Positions 58,292 to 64,000 of a stretch of DNA of 64,000 bases are shown one piece after another; the stretch's first letter is position 1, and each line of letters begins with the position of its first letter. A program made the position numbers and the translations under genes. The stretch is taken from IMG/VR virus record IMGVR_UViG_3300048919_000265. The stretch is one strand, 5' to 3'. This DNA is from a virus. The notes beneath the pieces are model-generated. The model saw only the letters and a list, made by a program, of their open reading frames with translations, did no database searches and was not told the DNA's origin.

Positions 58292-58567
58292 TCAGAGTCT
58301 ATGATGATAACCCATCTCCTTTCTAACCGGTACCTCTGGCAATCCTACCTTAAAATTCCTCTTCTCATAAGTCAGACCAGGCTCGATTTCATTCCCTAGT
58401 CTATCAATAAGAAGCACTTCTACATCTAATTGTTCTAACAATGCTAATCGTATATCCTTGTCTCGAGATAGTGATACATAGTCCTCGTCTTTAACATAAA
58501 AAATTTGAGTGGCTGGATCTACCTCTGTATCTACCAGTGTTGCAGATACTCTCGTTAGCTTTAACAT
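58292..58567 (-). CDS. Hypothetical protein
   Basis: Start ATG 58567, RBS GAGGGGTGAGG. Confidence 0.7.
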   Translation of the reverse strand: MLKLTRVSATLVDTEVDPATQIFYVKDEDYVSLSRDKDIRLALLEQLDVEVLLIDRLGNEIEPGLTYEKRNFKVGLPEVPVRKEMGYHHRL

Positions 58568-58581
58568 TATCCTCACCCCTC

Positions 58582-58818
58582 TTAAAACATATTCATACCA
58601 GTAACCTTAGCTCCGCTTTTCTCAACATTTTCCTTAGTTCTATTTACTGGTTGATTGTTGTTAGAATCCTGCCCACTCCCACGAGCTTCACCCTCATATA
58701 AATTAAAGAGCTTAATTTCTCTGTTTTTAATATTCACCGTTTTCACTAAACGAGCTTCGATTTCTGTATGATCGTCCTCGATTAAACGTCCTTCACTTCC
58801 TGCTATTCTAATAATCAT
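58582..58818 (-). CDS. Hypothetical protein (78 aa) ending KVTGMNMF
   Basis: Start ATG 58818 in ATGA overlap, RBS GGGAG. Confidence 0.7.
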   Translation of the reverse strand: MIIRIAGSEGRLIEDDHTEIEARLVKTVNIKNREIKLFNLYEGEARGSGQDSNNNQPVNRTKENVEKSGAKVTGMNMF

Positions 58819-59945
58819 TGATATTTCTCCCTTCCCATCTGTCGATAATCGAGGTATTCCGTAGTAGATATGATACCAAACTCTTGTAGAGTTTCTAAAT
58901 TTTCCATTAAAGAAGTCCACAGCTTTTGCTTTACTTCTATTGAGTGATCAAATCTATTAAGATCAACTTCTAATTTCCTAGTAATCATCTGATACACTAG
59001 GAAATCGTTCCTTAGTGTACCATAGAACTCTCTAGCAAATTCCATCGCTTTCATGATTTGTTTCTCTGTATAAACTAAGCACTCACCTAATGATATTCCT
59101 TTAGATATGCACCAATAATATCGTATAATTGGATCAAATGCTCTAGTTTTAGCAATTTCCATAGGATAATACGTATATTCTGCCAAAGCCGAATTATACT
59201 TCGCATATGTGGCCCTATTAATTTGCCCATTGTTGAACATTTCTAATAAGGCTGCATGCGCAGACTTGGCTTTATCTTCGAATTCATAACGATTAGTTAA
59301 AAACAAAAACATTAAATTAATGCCGATTGCCTCAATATCCAGATTTACTTCACTAACCTCATCAACGATAGCCATCTTCTTGAAATCTCGAGCAGGTAAT
59401 GATCTTTCTACTTTCAACTTGTAAATCATACCCGCTTTTAAAACTTCCGCTATAGATACCATATGGACCCTGCTAGTTATCTCTCTAACCATACTCATAA
59501 CAGCGTTTGTACGAAGCGCATCAAGATTTCTCCAAAGCTCTTCATTTGGATCTCGCATCCCCTCTAGCACCTTGGACGCAAGCTCTTTTAAATATTTTAT
59601 AATATGTGGATTATTATACCGGTGTCTGCCTAAATCAACCCACTTATTAAACTCTGCACAAGTATGGCGTGCTAGTAACAGCGACCTCATTTCTTCTTTA
59701 TTAAAATGAATATTATAAAACCCTTTTTTCTTTATGGTGTCAAAACGAATCAAAGAGCTGCTAATCTTTTCTTCTAGTTGACCGCTTTTTATGGCCATCA
59801 TCCGATCCACATAATGCATATACTTATTATGGGAAATCTCCTGATTGTCCCGGGCAACTGCCAATTGATACAAAACATAGTCATAATCCGCTTTAAATTC
59901 TGGATTATATCTACTCATAATGAGATATTTATCAATATCTATCAT
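58815..59945 (-). CDS. Hypothetical helical protein (376 aa) with SHOCT-like repeats
   Basis: Three segments of the L..L...G.I...Y type. Confidence 0.75.
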   Translation of the reverse strand: MIDIDKYLIMSRYNPEFKADYDYVLYQLAVARDNQEISHNKYMHYVDRMMAIKSGQLEEKISSSLIRFDTIKKKGFYNIHFNKEEMRSLLLARHTCAEFNKWVDLGRHRYNNPHIIKYLKELASKVLEGMRDPNEELWRNLDALRTNAVMSMVREITSRVHMVSIAEVLKAGMIYKLKVERSLPARDFKKMAIVDEVSEVNLDIEAIGINLMFLFLTNRYEFEDKAKSAHAALLEMFNNGQINRATYAKYNSALAEYTYYPMEIAKTRAFDPIIRYYWCISKGISLGECLVYTEKQIMKAMEFAREFYGTLRNDFLVYQMITRKLEVDLNRFDHSIEVKQKLWTSLMENLETLQEFGIISTTEYLDYRQMGREKYQ

Positions 59946-59962
59946 ACTTACCCCTCCAAGTC

Positions 59963-61204
59963 TTATTCCAAGGAGAGTTTCTTCAATCTAGCTCCTCGGA
60001 TTATACTATTTATTGCACCACTATTACGTTCAAATACAGCAACTTGACCAGGTCGGAGGTCCTCTGTTATAATTATGTCTGGATTAAATCCGTTCAACAT
60101 TCTTGCTTCTGTCCGATCCTTCGCTAGTAGCGGCTCTAGTTGCAATCTAACTGACGCTTCTACTCTCTGCTGCTCTACCAATATTCCCTTGATTGTAGCA
60201 TAGTAGTAATTAAACGACCAGTACTCCATTTTCAAAGCCACATTCCTATTAGAATATTGATTAGATATAACTTCACTGTACGTCATGTCGTCAACATCAA
60301 CAACTATCCCATCTGACGGTATTCCATTCGACATATTGAACATCATATCAAATTTTTCCTTCAACCACTCTACAAATTTATCATATATAATAGGAACTTC
60401 GCCTCTTGCTATCTTTATATATGGGACCGTATTAAATCCGCTAGTCTGCAGAACGTCTAAAGTCTCGCTTAACTTTGTGCTCAAGCCTTCCGCTGTAAAT
60501 GCCAAGCTCTTTAGATGCTTGTAATCCTCGGCATCATGCTTGACACGTAACATAGAAATAGCACTACTCTTCTCTGTTTTATAAGCCGCAGGATCATACT
60601 TTTGTCTCAGATATGGTAAAGTATCACTTTCCACATAACTTTCGGAGTAAATTTTCACTTCAGAAGGAAAACCCTTAAAATATCTAGGGACAATATTCAA
60701 AATCGTATCTGTAAAATCATAACCTTTACCCCGTCTTCCGCGAGAAAGTGTTAATTTTAACTCAGATAAACCACCTTCTGTTTCCAGCACAAGACTCTTA
60801 TTATTAATACCGTCAACCTTCAGCGACATAATAAGATCCTGATCACTAAGTCGCATGAAATAAGAGTATGCATCTTCATATTCTGTAATAGCCTCAATAC
60901 TTAAAGACTTCTCCTCATCCAAATAAGGTATATACTCTGAGCGACTCTCATTAGGTGCGGGAGCGTACTTTCCCAAATCAAATTCCTGCAACACTTCAAC
61001 AGGAACTGGATCATCGTCATAGGTTCTATTCAGAAATTCAGAAATACCTGGTAACGCTTCCCGATTATCTTTACAATAATCTTCTAACTTCCCATAAAAA
61101 GTGTCATTAACTATTGGTTGACCTATTCTGTACATATACCTGGTCAAGGCAAAAGCATCCACAACCCGTTTGTCTTTTAAAAGGTCCTGCAAAATATCTA
61201 ACAT
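59963..61204 (-). CDS. ligA: NAD-dependent DNA ligase N-terminal part (Ia, adenylation and OB domains)
   Basis: YMYRIGQPIVNDTFY (Ia), LSIE, SLKVDG (motif I Lys), LSRGRRGKGYDFT, PSDGIVV, VALK, OB strands. Ends before the Zn finger. Start probably ATG 61204. Confidence 0.85.
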   Translation of the reverse strand: MLDILQDLLKDKRVVDAFALTRYMYRIGQPIVNDTFYGKLEDYCKDNREALPGISEFLNRTYDDDPVPVEVLQEFDLGKYAPAPNESRSEYIPYLDEEKSLSIEAITEYEDAYSYFMRLSDQDLIMSLKVDGINNKSLVLETEGGLSELKLTLSRGRRGKGYDFTDTILNIVPRYFKGFPSEVKIYSESYVESDTLPYLRQKYDPAAYKTEKSSAISMLRVKHDAEDYKHLKSLAFTAEGLSTKLSETLDVLQTSGFNTVPYIKIARGEVPIIYDKFVEWLKEKFDMMFNMSNGIPSDGIVVDVDDMTYSEVISNQYSNRNVALKMEYWSFNYYYATIKGILVEQQRVEASVRLQLEPLLAKDRTEARMLNGFNPDIIITEDLRPGQVAVFERNSGAINSIIRGARLKKLSLE

Positions 61205-61217
61205 AACCTTGCCACCT

Positions 61218-61763
61218 TTACTGATATTTATAACTTCCAACTAAAATAAACTTATCCAAATCAGCATAATCTACCCTAAATCCGTTCCGGTAGTATCCAT
61301 TAATATAAGTTAGTGCTTCCCCTACAATTATCTTGTTGCCTTCGACCGTGCCACAAGACCTAATAACTTGTTTTCCTTCCGGTGTTACTAAGAAATCTAT
61401 ATCATAATTCCCAAGAGGTACGCTTTCTACCCAAAATATCGTGTCTTCATATCCTGTAACAGATTTATAAATCTCCTTGGCTGCTAATGCCCCTAACTTC
61501 CTACTAAAGAACCACATCCAAGATATTAATTCCATTTCAGTATGCTTTCTCAAATTGAGAAACTCAAATATAAATTTGAAGTCTTCTACTTTTAAGTTAG
61601 GATTATACATATTATCTAGAGCAACTTTTCTCATAATTTGAAATTGTTTACTAGTAAGCAATTTTAATCTTAGTGCTTTAGATATTTGTGCTTCCACCTC
61701 ACGGTCAATTGCTTTCTTCTTTACTACAAAATCAGTTAGGTATTCAACACCCAAGCATAACAC
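61218..61763 (-). CDS. Hypothetical protein (181 aa)
   Basis: ORF with RBS GAGGTG. Confidence 0.7.
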   Translation of the reverse strand: MLCLGVEYLTDFVVKKKAIDREVEAQISKALRLKLLTSKQFQIMRKVALDNMYNPNLKVEDFKFIFEFLNLRKHTEMELISWMWFFSRKLGALAAKEIYKSVTGYEDTIFWVESVPLGNYDIDFLVTPEGKQVIRSCGTVEGNKIIVGEALTYINGYYRNGFRVDYADLDKFILVGSYKYQ

Positions 61764-61770
61764 CTCTCTT

Positions 61771-62397
61771 TTAATCTGAGATTACGAGTACATTTTTGTC
61801 AGGGTAATAAAACTCTACGTTGGAAACTTCGCTTCTTATCGCAGAAATCAATCTTTCATAATTAACGTCCTTAACTCCTACCTCTTTACCTATCCTAATT
61901 GTATAACCCTTATGCTGATATTCTATCAACTGATGATTTTCAGAAACCTTAGCTATTTCAAGTGCGCATGAAATGCCTTTCCTTCCGATTCCCAATTTAA
62001 ACCTATCGCTCTCCGTAAACAGGTTAGCATCACTGAGACAACCGTATATAATCTTTTGTAAGATAAATTTGCTAGAATGATGCTTAAACATGTTTCTAAA
62101 AGCAACAGTTCCCCACTCCCCAGTATAGTATTTAACTAAGGCCACTACATCTTTTTCCTGATAACCCGTCATATTAAATTGCTTAAAAACAATAGCCAAA
62201 TCTGTAGCCATCAAATCGGGCTCCAATAAGGTATTGTTCAAAACTCTTCGTAACAAATTTTCCTTTTGGCTGTTCAATTTACCTTGCAATTCCCAATACC
62301 CTCGAATTTTTTCAAATCTTATCTCATAACTTTTCATACTCTCGAGAAAATTATTTATACATGCAGTACCTTCCATCAACTCACCCCTTAATACCAA
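61771..62397 (-). CDS. Hypothetical protein (start may be ATG 62376)
   Basis: ORF in operon. Confidence 0.7.
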   Translation of the reverse strand: MVLRGELMEGTACINNFLESMKSYEIRFEKIRGYWELQGKLNSQKENLLRRVLNNTLLEPDLMATDLAIVFKQFNMTGYQEKDVVALVKYYTGEWGTVAFRNMFKHHSSKFILQKIIYGCLSDANLFTESDRFKLGIGRKGISCALEIAKVSENHQLIEYQHKGYTIRIGKEVGVKDVNYERLISAIRSEVSNVEFYYPDKNVLVISD

Positions 62398-62987
62398 ATA
62401 ACCCCACCCGTGATATTAGTTATTAATTCTACAAACTGTGCATACTCGTTTGTTATATTACCAAAGTTATATTTCCTAACAGCAGAGACTTCACCTAAAT
62501 TTATACGTAAAGGTAACATGTGTTCTCCGACAACACTATAACTTATAGACAAGACCGCTATTGTGGCACTAGGGATGCTCACACTTTCTACTCTAAAATG
62601 TTCAGTTGAAATCCCATACAAGATATTCATCACTTGCGTAAGATATCTATTAATCATCCGATCTAAGTCATCCTTATTCACTTCAACGACAGAATTTGCA
62701 TTGAAGTCCTTTAGGCTGTCCCAAGACTTCAACAACCCTTCCAACATCTGCGAAAGTATAGGAGGTCCATCACTACTTCCTTCTCTACCCATTAACCTTA
62801 ATCCGTTCAAAGATGAAACACTACCTAGCACTCTGCAATCACTATAAACTACATCCAAACTATAATACTTTCCATCCAACCCACGAAATCTGAAATATTC
62901 ATACGTAAATAAACTTGTGACCTTACCATGACCTAACCATATTTTTATGCCTTTATTTTTTAGCCAAGACAATATCAATTCCTTCAT
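62388..62987 (-). CDS. Hypothetical protein (199 aa)
   Basis: RBS AGGGGGT. Confidence 0.75.
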   Translation of the reverse strand: MKELILSWLKNKGIKIWLGHGKVTSLFTYEYFRFRGLDGKYYSLDVVYSDCRVLGSVSSLNGLRLMGREGSSDGPPILSQMLEGLLKSWDSLKDFNANSVVEVNKDDLDRMINRYLTQVMNILYGISTEHFRVESVSIPSATIAVLSISYSVVGEHMLPLRINLGEVSAVRKYNFGNITNEYAQFVELITNITGGVIWY

Positions 62988-62998
62988 GTTAATAACCC

Positions 62999-63688
62999 CT
63001 AAACATTTACGCTTAGTGACTTCCCAATACTTCTATTAATAAACGAAAAGTCTTCAATATCATTGTCAGCCAAGTCCAAATATCTTAAAGACCTAGACTT
63101 AAACAAACCAGAAGGCACCTCTCTGATCTTGTTCTTAGAAAAGTTTAAAGTTACGCAACTTCCAAAATCATTCTTAGTATTTGCTATATCTACTAAATCA
63201 TTAGATGAAACGTCTAACGTAAGCAATGCCGGAGGAGTAACCAGATCCCCTAGACTATCGATCTTATTCTCGGATAAGTTAAGCTCTATCAGACTAATTG
63301 CCAAATCCAAGCCCTTCGGCATGGCTCTTATTTTATTCTGTACCAAGTATAAATATTTTAGGCTTCTTGTTGCTCCAAGTGTATCGTCTTTGAGTTCAAA
63401 ACCCTTTAATTCATTGTTAGATAAGTTTAAAGTTACCAAACTACTTGGAAACAAATCAGACCCTATTACACCGTGCACAAAATTATCCGACAAATCTAAA
63501 AACTTAAGGTTACCCATATCCTTAATGAACTCAGGTACAATAGATAAATTGCACTCACTAAGATCTAAATAGTTTATCCCTGCCAAAAACTCATCTTTAC
63601 TTGCCATTGGAACTTTTTTATTCTGTACCTTTAACCTAGATTTAATAGACATAGGCAAGGTAGAAAACCACATATCTGAGCTCTTCAT
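62999..63688 (-). CDS. Leucine-rich repeat protein (229 aa)
   Basis: About 7 LxxLxLxxNxL repeats (YLDLSECNL, FLDLSDNFV, TLNLSNNEL, YLYLVQNKI, ELNLSENKI, TLDVSSNDL, TLNFSKNKI, YLDLADNDI); no signal peptide. Confidence 0.9.
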   Translation of the reverse strand: MKSSDMWFSTLPMSIKSRLKVQNKKVPMASKDEFLAGINYLDLSECNLSIVPEFIKDMGNLKFLDLSDNFVHGVIGSDLFPSSLVTLNLSNNELKGFELKDDTLGATRSLKYLYLVQNKIRAMPKGLDLAISLIELNLSENKIDSLGDLVTPPALLTLDVSSNDLVDIANTKNDFGSCVTLNFSKNKIREVPSGLFKSRSLRYLDLADNDIEDFSFINRSIGKSLSVNV

Positions 63689-63697
63689 ATTGTCCTC

Positions 63698-64000
63698 CTA
63701 ATTATTGAATTCTGTTGTTTGTACCAATTCTAATACATCTCCGACTATACCGGTTTTATAGTCTGTCTCTTTATCATCTGCGCCAATTGTAGTTAAATAA
63801 ATAACAGTTGCTATTTGATCATCACCGGGCGAATCCGTAAATGCTTGAGGCGCAGGTGAACCTTTAACACGCAATACATTACCATCCAACCTCACTTGAG
63901 CGTTCTTTAATAATATATCTTTGCGAACATTAACCAGTGTTGCCCCGTCGCCTTTTAGCTTTAATCCAAACAAACCTTGTGTTTCTTTAGTTGTGTAAAT
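63698..64000 (-). CDS. C-terminal fragment of a gene entering from the right edge
   Basis: The frame of ORF 63698..63973 is open to base 64000 (IYTTKETQGLFGLK...). Confidence 0.7.
   Translation of the reverse strand: MYTTKETQGLFGLKLKGDGATLVNVRKDILLKNAQVRLDGNVLRVKGSPAPQAFTDSPGDDQIATVIYLTTIGADDKETDYKTGIVGDVLELVQTTEFNN

Larger units (their letters stand above)
1..64000 (-). mobile_element. Segment of a giant Bacillota extrachromosomal element (megaplasmid/jumbo-phage-like) with its own replication and transcription machinery
   Basis: About 70 co-oriented, tightly packed genes, mostly hypothetical. Divergent RNAP, PolA x2, primase, ligase and SbcC, with no normal chromosomal housekeeping synteny (rpoBC is not beside ribosomal protein genes). 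Confidence 0.8.

Noticed and set aside
12578-58567. Identical N-termini MLKLTR on the 595-aa PolA and the 58292-58567 protein
   Set aside because: Six residues with different codons and no further similarity; probably chance.
285-60524. All other short plus-strand ORFs and nested minus-strand ORFs in the track
   Set aside because: Fully overlap longer, motif-bearing minus-strand genes and lack RBS support.
40536-61204. Split inteins or introns joining the ligase or SbcC halves
   Set aside because: No Cys/Ser-initiated intein N-blocks or His-Asn C-termini at the junctions; no intron-like RNA or maturase seen.

Overview
AT-rich, very densely coded 64 kb segment. Every credible gene lies on the minus strand, with Firmicutes-type RBSs (AGGAGG/GAGGTG) and frequent ATGA overlaps. 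It looks like the information-processing core of a very large Bacillota extrachromosomal element (megaplasmid, jumbo phage or unclassified giant element). I recognise no virion, conjugation or rRNA/tRNA genes here, so the element type is unresolved. It encodes a 2482-aa fused beta-beta' RNA polymerase, two family A DNA polymerases, a TOPRIM primase core, beta-clamp-like and HolA-like candidates, a DnaQ-like exonuclease and a UvrD-like helicase cut by the left edge. An SbcC/Rad50 ATPase is split into two genes, and an NAD-dependent ligase is split into two genes about 18 kb apart. Embedded at 13.6-21.0 kb is a minimal type VII secretion-like module: a membrane coiled-coil protein with a degenerate FtsK domain, two small helical-hairpin proteins each with a YxxxE motif at the WXG100 export-signal position, an 876-aa unknown and a soluble FtsK/EssC-type ATPase. 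A variable-looking block at about 26.4-33.5 kb carries small membrane proteins, an SDR, an APC permease and a mini-protein resembling the PolA fingers helix. All functional calls come from motif recognition by eye; no database searches were run.
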